Assembly: GCA_023420085.1 (NCBI GenBank)
Contig: JAEZWQ010000038.1
Span: forward strand, 14,254-38,253
Direction: 5' to 3'
From: Bacillota bacterium
GTDB lineage: Bacteria > Bacillota > Clostridia > Lachnospirales > Lachnospiraceae
Length of the DNA: 24,000 nucleotides
Made by a program: the position numbers and the translations under genes. The notes under the pieces are model-generated. The model was not told where the DNA came from. It ran no database searches and saw only the letters and a program-made list of their open reading frames with translations. Below are positions 9,685 to 17,948 of this stretch, one piece after another (positions within the stretch are counted from its first letter, which is position 1; each line of letters opens with the position of its first letter).

Positions 9685-10866
9685 TTACTCAAGTTTCTTT
9701 ATAAAGCACTCCATTTTTTTTAGCATTTTTTCAACATTCTCACGTTGAGTACCCAAATTAATTCGTATGAATTTTTCCCCATTATCAACAAAATGTTTAC
9801 CATCCTCTACTAATAATCCATAATCACGAGCTAAAATTTTTGTAACTTCACTTGAATCTATTCCTAACTTTTCTATATTTAGCCATACCAAAAATGACGA
9901 CTCCATTTTCATCATACTTAACCTTTTATTTTTACTAATCCATTTTTCTAGAATTATATAATTATCTCTAATATAATTTCTAACCTCTTCTATCCAATAT
10001 CTACATTCATTATATGCCGTAATCAATGCTATTACTCCAAATACATTTGGAGATGTAACAGAATTTTGTTTAAGCTTGTTCTTAAAATTTTCTCTAATAT
10101 AATCATTTTTTATTATTGCATAAGAAGTCTTAAGCCCTCCTAAATTAAAAGCTTTATTAGGGGATGTTAGTAAAATCACGTTTTTTATTAGATCTTTATC
10201 AAGTGTTAAAATAGATTTAAATTCACCTTCAAAAACATACTCAGCATGAACTTCATCAACTACAAGTATAATATTATTGTCATTGCATATTTGGGCTACT
10301 TTTTTTAATTCATCATAACTCCATATTCTTCCTGACGGATTGTGAGGAGAACATAAAAACATTAGTTTTGGTCTGTATTTATTTATTTGATTATCTAACA
10401 AATCATAATTAATATAATATCTATTTTTTATTATATCCAGTTTATTATATATGACATTTACACCTTGTTTTTTTGCACTAGAATCAAAAGGTTCATAAAC
10501 AGGTGTATTTATAATAATGCTGTCCCCCTCATCACAAAAAGCTTGGACAACATAATGAAGGGTTGATACTGTTCCATAAGTTAAAATTATTTCCTCCTTA
10601 TTAACATATACATTATGCATATCCCTTTGCCAGTCAATAACAGCATTATAAAATTCTTCATAACAATATGTATATCCAAACACTCCTCTATCAATAGCTT
10701 GAATAAATTTTTCTCTGATCTCTTTAGGCACAATAAAATCCATATCAGCTATCCACATCGGTATATAATTTTTATCGACTTTACCAAAATTCTGCTGTAT
10801 TATTTCATAATCCCATTTTCTACATTTTTCTTTAATTCTATCTGGTTTTAAATCAAAATTTATCAT
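9685..10866 (-). CDS. patB: PatB/MalY-family PLP-dependent C-S lyase (cystathionine beta-lyase-type aminotransferase class I/II)
   Basis: The 393-aa product has an N-terminal R-x-x-x-x-KW(D) motif (KCRKWDYE), then MWIADMDF and CSPHNPSGR. The PLP-lysine motif is SPNKAFNLGGLK. Confidence 0.8.
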   Translation of the reverse strand: MINFDLKPDRIKEKCRKWDYEIIQQNFGKVDKNYIPMWIADMDFIVPKEIREKFIQAIDRGVFGYTYCYEEFYNAVIDWQRDMHNVYVNKEEIILTYGTVSTLHYVVQAFCDEGDSIIINTPVYEPFDSSAKKQGVNVIYNKLDIIKNRYYINYDLLDNQINKYRPKLMFLCSPHNPSGRIWSYDELKKVAQICNDNNIILVVDEVHAEYVFEGEFKSILTLDKDLIKNVILLTSPNKAFNLGGLKTSYAIIKNDYIRENFKNKLKQNSVTSPNVFGVIALITAYNECRYWIEEVRNYIRDNYIILEKWISKNKRLSMMKMESSFLVWLNIEKLGIDSSEVTKILARDYGLLVEDGKHFVDNGEKFIRINLGTQRENVEKMLKKMECFIKKLE

Positions 10867-10884
10867 ATAAATTCCTCTACAGTA

Positions 10885-11937
10885 TTATATTATAAGTAAA
10901 TCTTTTCCCGTTTTACTTAAGCAAATAGCTCCTTCTAATGTTACTAAAATATCATCTTCTATTCTAACTCCACCCAAATTAGGTATATAAATACCTGGTT
11001 CTATAGTTATAATCATATTTTCTTCTATAGTATCTTCTGATAAGGATGAAATATCGGGATATTCATGAACCTTTATACCTAAACCATGACCTAAATTGTG
11101 GTTAAAATATTTCTCATAACCTGCATCTGTAATTATTTTTCTCGCAATACTATCTATTTCTTTAATAGAAATTCCATGCTTTATTTTTTTTATAGTTTCT
11201 TCATTAGCACGTCTAACAATATCATATATTGAACTTAATTTCCTATCACTTTCACCGATACATAATGTTCTTGTTATGTCAGAGTTATAATACTTGTACC
11301 TAACTCCAAAATCAATAGTCACAAAATCTCCTCTGTTAATAACTTTATTAGTTGCCTTTGCATGAGGCATTGCTCCTCTTTTACCAGATGCAACAATAAT
11401 ATCAAAAGCTTCTTTACAATCATCATGACTTCTTATGTAGTTAATCATCATATTTTCTACGCTTTTTTCAGTCATCCCCTCTTTTATATTTTCAATTATA
11501 TAATTTAACGTTTCATCTGCTACTTCACAAGCTTTTTTTATATGTTCAATCTCATATCCTTTTTTTATCTTTCTTAGCTCACATAAATTTATAGATTTTA
11601 TTTTATAATTTAGTTGTTTTTTTAGGCTCATATATTCATCAAATGATATATAGTTTCCTTCTACTCCAATACTTCTTACTTTATCATTTTTACATATTTT
11701 TTTAATACTATTAATAAAGCTTTGATAACTATTAATTAGGATTAATTCAAAGTCTAATTCTTTATTTATAATCTCTTGATAATATCTGGAATCAACTAGT
11801 ATATATTTAAAATGTTTTGTAATAAATATATATCCTGACGAACTATAAAAATCAGCCAAATAATATTTATTTTCAGGACTATTAATTAAAATAGCATCAA
11901 CTTCCTCTTTTTTTAAAAAATCTCTTATACTATACAT
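10885..11937 (-). CDS. M24B-family Xaa-Pro aminopeptidase/dipeptidase
   Basis: The 350-aa product has a creatinase-like N-terminal domain and a pita-bread catalytic domain. Metal-ligand motifs are FVTIDFG...YNSDITRT, HNLGHGLGIKVHE, EPGIY and GGVRIEDD. A strong AAGGAGGTG RBS is present. Confidence 0.85.
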   Translation of the reverse strand: MYSIRDFLKKEEVDAILINSPENKYYLADFYSSSGYIFITKHFKYILVDSRYYQEIINKELDFELILINSYQSFINSIKKICKNDKVRSIGVEGNYISFDEYMSLKKQLNYKIKSINLCELRKIKKGYEIEHIKKACEVADETLNYIIENIKEGMTEKSVENMMINYIRSHDDCKEAFDIIVASGKRGAMPHAKATNKVINRGDFVTIDFGVRYKYYNSDITRTLCIGESDRKLSSIYDIVRRANEETIKKIKHGISIKEIDSIARKIITDAGYEKYFNHNLGHGLGIKVHEYPDISSLSEDTIEENMIITIEPGIYIPNLGGVRIEDDILVTLEGAICLSKTGKDLLII

Positions 11938-11954
11938 TTACACCTCCTTTACTA

Positions 11955-11989
11955 TACAAAAGAGAACCAATAATTAATCAGTTCTCTTT
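11955..11989 (-). terminator. Intrinsic terminator/attenuator-like hairpin between PTS IIC and the M24 peptidase gene
   Basis: The minus strand reads AAAGAGAAC, a 13-nt loop, then GTTCTCTTT followed by TGTATA. This gives a 9-bp perfect stem (11959-11967 pairing with 11981-11989) with a short U tract. It lies 10 nt after the IIC stop and about 20 nt before the peptidase ATG. Confidence 0.45.
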
Positions 11990-11998
11990 CATATCATG

Positions 11999-13246
11999 CT
12001 ATTCATTAATAATCAATTTTCCCCTTTTTATTAGATTATTTCTATATATAACATTAGTTATCGCAATAAAGACTGCGCCAGTTAAAATTCCTATAATATA
12101 AGAAGGCAAGTTTTCAACTAGCGGCCAGGCCCATACGGCTGATTCTGGAAACCATTGGACTCCTCCTAATAAAACTCCTACAACACCTCCAATTATTCCA
12201 CCTAAAATATTTATTGGTATAACAAATCCTGGTCTTTCTAAGGCAAAAGGAATTGCTCCTTCTGAAATTCCCATAAATGCTAAGAAAATTGATGTTTTCC
12301 CAGCCTGATAAAACTGTCTATCATAAACCCTTCTTCCTACTAATTTTTTATCTATTATTGTAGTTAGTCCAAGTCCAATTGATGGTATTACTATCGCTAG
12401 GCACCTTGCTGTAAGTGGTAAAACTTTATCAGTTGATAGTCCTAAGGCTACAAAACCTGCTGCTTTATTTATTGGACCTCCCAAATCAAAAGCTGTTGCT
12501 GCAGCTAATGCTATTGCATATCCTATTTCTCCTGCATTTCCCGCAGAAATAAGGAATGCTTTCATCCCTTCATTTAGCCATCCACCTAAAGGCGTTATTA
12601 TAAACATCATTAAAACCATTGTTGATATTGCAGCAATTAATGGTATTAAAAACGTAGTTTTAAATGCCAACCAATTTTTAGGTACCTTTATAACTTTATT
12701 TAACCATTTTACAAAATATCCTATTACAAAAGCAATTATTATGGCGCCTAAAAAACCTGATGCTACTGGAGTAGCTTCTACCCATTTCCCATCAATAATC
12801 TGTGGTATGGATATTGGCTTAACAGCAATATACCCTCCAATAAATCCTGTAATTAAAGCTGTTTTTCCTCCTATAGAATTGGCACAAAAAGCTGCAAATA
12901 GAGGAATTGCGAATCCAAATAGGGTAAATCCAAAATTACTCATTAATATTGATAACTTTAGTAACATTAAATTAATCCCTGAATATGCTCCTGAGTTTAT
13001 TGCATCTATTGTGTCTGTGCCTGCTGGTACCCCAACTATAGCATTAGGTATTATAGTTGATATGGCTCCAATAAGTCCACCCATTATTAATACAGGAATC
13101 ATATGAGATATTCCTGTCATAAGATGCCTATTTATTTCTTTCCAAATACTAGTTTTTGATTTATCATTATTCCCTTTTATTTCTTCAATATTGCTTCCAT
13201 TACTAGTATTACCTGTACCAGTAATAATTTTCTTCTTTATAGCCAC
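11999..13246 (-). CDS. PTS fructose-family transporter subunit IIC
   Basis: The 415-aa polytopic membrane protein carries the fructose-type IIC N-terminal motif HLMTGISHMIPVLIMGG. It starts at GTG (13246) with a GGAGG RBS 7 nt upstream. A roughly 30-aa polar N-terminal extension is present. Confidence 0.85.
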   Translation of the reverse strand: MAIKKKIITGTGNTSNGSNIEEIKGNNDKSKTSIWKEINRHLMTGISHMIPVLIMGGLIGAISTIIPNAIVGVPAGTDTIDAINSGAYSGINLMLLKLSILMSNFGFTLFGFAIPLFAAFCANSIGGKTALITGFIGGYIAVKPISIPQIIDGKWVEATPVASGFLGAIIIAFVIGYFVKWLNKVIKVPKNWLAFKTTFLIPLIAAISTMVLMMFIITPLGGWLNEGMKAFLISAGNAGEIGYAIALAAATAFDLGGPINKAAGFVALGLSTDKVLPLTARCLAIVIPSIGLGLTTIIDKKLVGRRVYDRQFYQAGKTSIFLAFMGISEGAIPFALERPGFVIPINILGGIIGGVVGVLLGGVQWFPESAVWAWPLVENLPSYIIGILTGAVFIAITNVIYRNNLIKRGKLIINE

Positions 13247-13274
13247 AATATAACCTCCTTAATTAAGATATACA

Positions 13275-13589
13275 TCAAATCCCCAAATCCTCTTCTATTT
13301 CCTTAATTATTCCATCTGCATTTTTTATAGCTTCTTGTAACTCTACTTCATACACCTCTATACCTTCAAACCTTTCCATATCCTCTGGTGTGATAGCAAT
13401 TGCATGTATAATTATTGTTGCCTCTTCTATATCCTTTCTACTCAATCTATTCTGAATCCCATCTGCACCTTGTGTCTCCACTTTAACTTCATATCCTGCT
13501 CTTTTCCCCGCTTCTTCTATCGCTTCAGCAGCCATAAATGTATGCGCTAATCCCATTGGACATGCACATAGTGCAACTAATTTTTTCAT
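13275..13589 (-). CDS. PTS fructose-family subunit IIB
   Basis: The 104-aa product has the motif LCACPMGLAHTFMAAEA, with the phospho-Cys in the CP(T/M)G context, followed by KVETQGADG. An AAGGAGG RBS is present. Confidence 0.9.
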   Translation of the reverse strand: MKKLVALCACPMGLAHTFMAAEAIEEAGKRAGYEVKVETQGADGIQNRLSRKDIEEATIIIHAIAITPEDMERFEGIEVYEVELQEAIKNADGIIKEIEEDLGI

Positions 13590-13605
13590 ATTACCTCCTT
13601 GAATT

Positions 13606-14067
13606 TTAATTAATAACTAATGCATTCTTTATAAGATTATCTATTTCATCTATACTACTGCTATGTAATAAGACATTTTTAAAACTTTCATGAATCAGTT
13701 TCCTAGATAAAACAGATAATAATTTTATATGTAAATCTCCTTTAGATTTCTCGGGTACAAGCAAATTAATTACTAATTTCACTTTTTCTTCGCCTTTATT
13801 CCATTCTATTTTATTCTTAAGTTTAAGTATAATTACTGCCGGATTAATTACTGCCTCTTTTTTTGTATGTGGTATTGCAAAATATTCCCCTAAATTTGTA
13901 GTAAATTCTTCTTCTCTTTCTTGTAACCCTCTATATATTTCTTCTTTATCATCTGTAATCTTTAATTCCATAGCTTTATTTGACAAAAATTTTAGAACTT
14001 CATCTTTGGTTTTTAAATCCATGTTTAAAAAAATATATTCTTTCTTGAAAATTTTTACTTCTTCCAT
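13606..14067 (-). CDS. PTS EIIA component (PTS_EIIA_2, fructose/mannitol type)
   Basis: The 153-aa product has an active-site His in the GEYFAIPHTKK context, typical of EIIA-2. Confidence 0.85.
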   Translation of the reverse strand: MEEVKIFKKEYIFLNMDLKTKDEVLKFLSNKAMELKITDDKEEIYRGLQEREEEFTTNLGEYFAIPHTKKEAVINPAVIILKLKNKIEWNKGEEKVKLVINLLVPEKSKGDLHIKLLSVLSRKLIHESFKNVLLHSSSIDEIDNLIKNALVIN

Positions 14068-14085
14068 ATTAAGCCCCCATCGTAG

Positions 14086-15966
14086 TCATATTAATTTCTT
14101 TAAGTTTTCTATGTTATCACATTTAATAGCTTCTCTTACAATGCTTTTATCTTTTATAAAATTATATAAGTATTTAAATATTGAAAAATTACTTTTTTCT
14201 TCAGGATTAAAAAATACCATAAATATTAATTGAATTTCTTGTTTATCCCATAGTATAGGTTGATCTAAAATAGTAACTCCTATGATAGACTTTTTACCAC
14301 TAATTATCGTATGCGGCAAAGCTACAGAATTACCAATTTCTGTTGAGTAAATTCTTTCTCTACTGAGTATACCTTCAATCATACCTTCATCAATAAAGCC
14401 TTTATTTTTCAAATTTTTGCACATCATATTAATAATATCTTCTTTATTTCCATTTTTAATTTTAAAAAATGCTTCTTTGTTAAACATTTTATTAATTACA
14501 TTTTTTTTGGTATCTTTTTCAAATAGCGTTTCATTAACATCATTAATAAAATTGTTATTAAAAATATTGTCAATATATACTATAGGGATTTCCTTTGATT
14601 TAATATCAACAGTAGATACTATTAGATCGACGTCCTGTTTTAATGCAATATCTAAATATTTAGAAGGGTAAATTCCCATTATATTAACTTCCCTCAAGTT
14701 TTGTTTTAATTTTTCTGCTATTAATTGAGCAGTCCCCACTCCATAATGACAAATAATACATATTTTTTTACTAGTATTATTTTTTATTCGTTCATTTCCT
14801 GCGGCAAAATGTATTGCAATATACCCTAGTTCTCCTTCATCAAGCTTAACACCAAATTCATCATTAATTTTATTAGCAATAAATATTGCAAAATTAAATT
14901 CTAAAGGAAACTCTGATTTTATTTGATTTAAAAGTGGATTCTTTGAATCAATTTCAATTTTAAATCTATTTATAAATCTATGAACATGGACTAATAATCC
15001 CTTCATAAATTCTTCATCTTTACTATAGTCAATTCCTGAAATAAGAAATATATCATTCAGAGCCTCGTTGACCAATCTCTTTACTTTATATTCTTCCTTA
15101 GTATGCAATGCATCATCAAACAGACTATTATTTATTACACTTGAATATGATGTTATGTAAATCACTTCATTAGGTGTTAAATCAAGACCAATTTTTTCAA
15201 AAATGTCACTCATTATTTCCTTAATTAAATAAAAATTATTACTTTTTTTTATATATTTACTTTTATCTATATTAAAATAATACCCTGACTTAACCCTTGA
15301 TATAGACGCAATAATCCTTGATAGTATGAAATAAAAATCCTTATCTGAAATAATTATATTTTTTTTCTTTAGGTGATAAGATAAAAAATCTTCAATACAT
15401 TGTATGTCTTTGGTACTTATATTATTTAAAAATACCTTTATTTTATTTTTATTATTACTTTTAATTGCATAGTCAGTAATAAGACTTCTAATATCTACCT
15501 CATCACCTTCAATATAACTCCCATAGTATGGTTTTGACTTTATTTTTAAATCATATTTATTTATTTTTCTCTTTACTTCGCTAATTAATTTATTTGTGCT
15601 ACCTATACTTAAATTCAGTTCATCCGCAATTTTTTCTGCTGTAATAAATCGATTATTTATAAATATACATATAATATTTCTAATTCTGCTATCATATGAA
15701 TCATCATCAGATAATTCATCTATATATTTTTTGGCTTCATTTACTACTTTATTAATATTATTTCTCGATCCTATTATCTTATATCCCATTCCTCTTGAAG
15801 AACATATCTCTACATTATAATTTTTTATATAATAATTTATATCATCTATATATCTAGTAATTGTTTTTGTAGAAACTTTCAATAATACTGCCAATTCATT
15901 AGAAGTTACATATTCATTTCTTTCATTCAAATATTTAACTATTAATGCATATTTTTTATTTATCAA
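14086..15966 (-). CDS. PRD-domain PTS-controlled transcriptional regulator (MtlR/LicR/ManR class, BglG family)
   Basis: The 626-aa product has two N-terminal HTH modules (SNELAVLLKVSTKTITRYI and AEKIADELNLSIGSTNKLI). PRD histidines occur in LLVHVHRF and YIAIHFAAG. An EIIB-like Cys is in ICIICHYGVGTAQ and a C-terminal EIIA-like His is in SVALPHT. The apparent start is TTG at 15966, with an AGGTG RBS 5 nt upstream. Confidence 0.85.
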   Translation of the reverse strand: MINKKYALIVKYLNERNEYVTSNELAVLLKVSTKTITRYIDDINYYIKNYNVEICSSRGMGYKIIGSRNNINKVVNEAKKYIDELSDDDSYDSRIRNIICIFINNRFITAEKIADELNLSIGSTNKLISEVKRKINKYDLKIKSKPYYGSYIEGDEVDIRSLITDYAIKSNNKNKIKVFLNNISTKDIQCIEDFLSYHLKKKNIIISDKDFYFILSRIIASISRVKSGYYFNIDKSKYIKKSNNFYLIKEIMSDIFEKIGLDLTPNEVIYITSYSSVINNSLFDDALHTKEEYKVKRLVNEALNDIFLISGIDYSKDEEFMKGLLVHVHRFINRFKIEIDSKNPLLNQIKSEFPLEFNFAIFIANKINDEFGVKLDEGELGYIAIHFAAGNERIKNNTSKKICIICHYGVGTAQLIAEKLKQNLREVNIMGIYPSKYLDIALKQDVDLIVSTVDIKSKEIPIVYIDNIFNNNFINDVNETLFEKDTKKNVINKMFNKEAFFKIKNGNKEDIINMMCKNLKNKGFIDEGMIEGILSRERIYSTEIGNSVALPHTIISGKKSIIGVTILDQPILWDKQEIQLIFMVFFNPEEKSNFSIFKYLYNFIKDKSIVREAIKCDNIENLKKLI

Positions 15967-16005
15967 TAAATCACCTTCTTTATAAATAATTATATTAAAA
16001 AATTA

Positions 16006-16032
16006 ATTATACCTATATACATAAGTTGTCAA
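16006..16032 (-). promoter_or_regulatory. Promoter candidate for the PTS regulator operon
   Basis: The minus strand reads TTGACA (16032-16027) and TATAAT (16011-16006). Both hexamers are perfect, but the spacer is only 15 nt, which lowers confidence. Confidence 0.35.
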
Positions 16033-16090
16033 AATATAAGACACCAAATTAATATTAGTAATTTGATATACAATATTATTAATACTATAT

Positions 16091-17395
16091 TTAAATATCA
16101 TTACAAAGCGTTATCATTGCCTCCTTGTATATACATATTGCTAAATTTAATTTTTCTAAACTTGCATATTCATTGCACATATGAACATTTCCAGAGCTTC
16201 CATCTAAAAACTCACATCCGAATATAACTGCATTTCTCATCTCACTTGCATAACTTCCTGCGTTCGTCACTCTTATTTTATTACTTATATCTTTTGTATA
16301 TTTCATGTATATCTCATGTAGTTTTTTTACTAATAATGATTCTTCATCGATATAATTAGCTTTCTTTATCTCTTTCCCAATAATATTAATTTTTTTGTCT
16401 GTTTTATTAAAATAATTTTGTATGCCTTCAATAATTTCATTAAATTTAATATTCTCTGGGAATCTAACACTAATTGTTAATCTAACTCTTCCCTCTTCAA
16501 TACTAATAATTGTAGGTACAATGCTTAGAGATCCACACTTTCCAACCTTATTTATTCCGAAAATGTTTCCATCAATATTAGACTCATTAAATATCTTATA
16601 CATGTAGTTTGCCCAGTGCATATTATAGGTCTTATATAAGTATAAAAAAGTTTTTGGGATAGGATTAACAGCTTTTTCTGGCTTTGAAGAATGTCCTCCT
16701 TTACCGTTTATAATAATATTATCCATTTTTTCTAATCCACTAATTGTTATGTTATTAGGTATTGTATTATGTATACTTCCTCCATTAACTTTAATCTTTA
16801 CATCTTCAATCTTAAAATGTAAATCAATGATCCCTGCTCCTTTTTCTCCATTAAGCACTGGAAACTTTCCATCAGGTGTAAACCCAAATACTCCATATTT
16901 TTCTTTCTTGTAATATTGCCTTATACATCTAAACCCTGTCTCTTCATCTCCTCCAACTATTAATCTAACTTTACGATTCAATTTAACACCCTTATCCTTA
17001 ATGGATTTTAATGCAAGAAAACAAGCAATCATTGGTCCTTTGTTGTCAGAAACTCCTCTACCAATAAGTTTATCTTTATTAATAGTTAAACTAAATGGAT
17101 CATACTGCCAACCATCACAGACATCAACTACATCACAATGTCCAAAAATATCAATACACTCATCTCCACTTCCATATTCAATATATACAGCATGGTTATC
17201 TACGTTTCCAACTTTAAATCCATTATTTTTTCCTAAAGTTTCAAACCATTTCAAGGCTTTATTTATTCCTTCTCCAAACGGCTTAGTTATACTTTTAGTG
17301 CTTTCATCATATATAGATGGAATATTTACCCACTCTCCTAATAGTTTTACTATGTCGTCTTTATAATCAATATTATTTTTTTTAAGTTTATCCAT
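16091..17395 (-). CDS. M20-family dipeptidase (PepV/Sapep-like)
   Basis: Motifs are HCDVV, GRGVSDNKGP and GGDEETG. I place the start at ATG 17395 (MDKLKK...) because a GGAGG RBS (17408-17404) lies 8 nt upstream. The ORF-track start at 17410 is a GTG inside that RBS. Confidence 0.85.
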   Translation of the reverse strand: MDKLKKNNIDYKDDIVKLLGEWVNIPSIYDESTKSITKPFGEGINKALKWFETLGKNNGFKVGNVDNHAVYIEYGSGDECIDIFGHCDVVDVCDGWQYDPFSLTINKDKLIGRGVSDNKGPMIACFLALKSIKDKGVKLNRKVRLIVGGDEETGFRCIRQYYKKEKYGVFGFTPDGKFPVLNGEKGAGIIDLHFKIEDVKIKVNGGSIHNTIPNNITISGLEKMDNIIINGKGGHSSKPEKAVNPIPKTFLYLYKTYNMHWANYMYKIFNESNIDGNIFGINKVGKCGSLSIVPTIISIEEGRVRLTISVRFPENIKFNEIIEGIQNYFNKTDKKINIIGKEIKKANYIDEESLLVKKLHEIYMKYTKDISNKIRVTNAGSYASEMRNAVIFGCEFLDGSSGNVHMCNEYASLEKLNLAICIYKEAMITLCNDI

Positions 17396-17545
17396 AATAA
17401 AGACCTCCACTTTTATACCTATAGATTATATTATTTTAATATTTTTATCTTCGCATATTTTGTCAGTTAAATAGACAAATCCTATCCAATATCATAGTTT
17501 TATAACATATTTGTTAGCCTATGCTATGTACATATGAAATTTATA

Positions 17546-17554
17546 TGTTATACT
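17546..17554 (+). promoter_or_regulatory. Extended -10 promoter element (TGtTATACT) for trxA
   Basis: TGTTATACT lies 26 nt upstream of the trxA ATG, and the RBS TAGGAGGT is at 17568-17575. I could not identify a clear -35 element. Confidence 0.4.
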
Positions 17555-17579
17555 AGATATATAAATATAGGAGGTAATT

Positions 17580-17897
17580 ATGGCACAAATATTAAATAAA
17601 AGTAATTTTCAAACAGAAATAAAAGAATATGAAGGTTTAGCAATTGTCGACTTCTTTGCTACATGGTGTGGACCTTGTAAAATGCTTACACCTATAATCG
17701 ATAAACTAGCTGAACAATTTGATGGTAAAGTTAAAATTGTAAAAGTTGATATCGATGAAAGTCCAGAATTAGCACAAGAATATAAAGTAATGTCTGTACC
17801 AACTGTAATCTTCTTAAAGAATGGAGAAGTACTTGAGACATTAATAGGTGTTCAAAATAATGCTAAATTAGTAGAACTAATTGAAAAATATCAATAA
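17580..17897 (+). CDS. trxA: Thioredoxin
   Basis: The 105-aa product carries the canonical WCGPCK active site and the cis-Pro context (SVPTV). Confidence 0.97.
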   Translation: MAQILNKSNFQTEIKEYEGLAIVDFFATWCGPCKMLTPIIDKLAEQFDGKVKIVKVDIDESPELAQEYKVMSVPTVIFLKNGEVLETLIGVQNNAKLVELIEKYQ

Positions 17898-17910
17898 GTT
17901 AAATACATGT

Positions 17911-17937
17911 AAAAAAACGGGCTTAGCCCGTTTTTTA
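17911..17937 (+). terminator. Rho-independent terminator after trxA (symmetric A-tract/T-tract)
   Basis: The sequence is AAAAAAACGGGC-TTA-GCCCGTTTTTTT. The GC core CGGGC/GCCCG (17918-17922 and 17926-17930) is extended by A/T pairs and followed by a T run. Confidence 0.85.
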
Positions 17938-17948
17938 TTGAGGTAATT

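Noticed and set aside
12741-13106. 121-aa plus-strand ORF antisense to PTS IIC
   Set aside because: It lies entirely inside a well-supported minus-strand gene. It has no RBS, and its low-complexity P/I/A-rich translation resembles no family I know. It is a typical shadow ORF in a frame kept open by the sense-strand codon pattern.
16103-16116. cre-like (CcpA) site ACAAAGCGTTATCA near the PTS locus
   Set aside because: It matches the central CG-containing core of the cre consensus only partially, with mismatches in the outer conserved positions. It lies inside the 3' coding end of the M20 gene, not in the PTS promoter.
17001-17366. 121-aa plus-strand ORF antisense to the M20 dipeptidase
   Set aside because: This is a shadow ORF within a confidently identified gene. 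It has no RBS or promoter context, and its Ser/Pro/Leu-rich composition is typical of antisense translation.
17396-17410. ORF-track N-terminal extension MEVFI of the M20 dipeptidase
   Set aside because: The proposed GTG start lies within the GGAGG Shine-Dalgarno sequence that correctly serves the ATG at 17395.
17460-17478. Small palindrome TTGTC-N9-GACAA in the divergent M20/trxA promoter region
   Set aside because: The arms are only 5 bp, which is plausible by chance. It could be an operator, but nothing in the sequence supports this.
17571-17582. Identical 12-mer GAGGTAATTATG at the starts of trxA (17571-17582) and the SBP gene (17940-17951)
   Set aside because: It is simply an SD, an AT-rich spacer and an ATG. 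The flanks are unrelated, so there is no evidence of duplication or a shared regulatory element.
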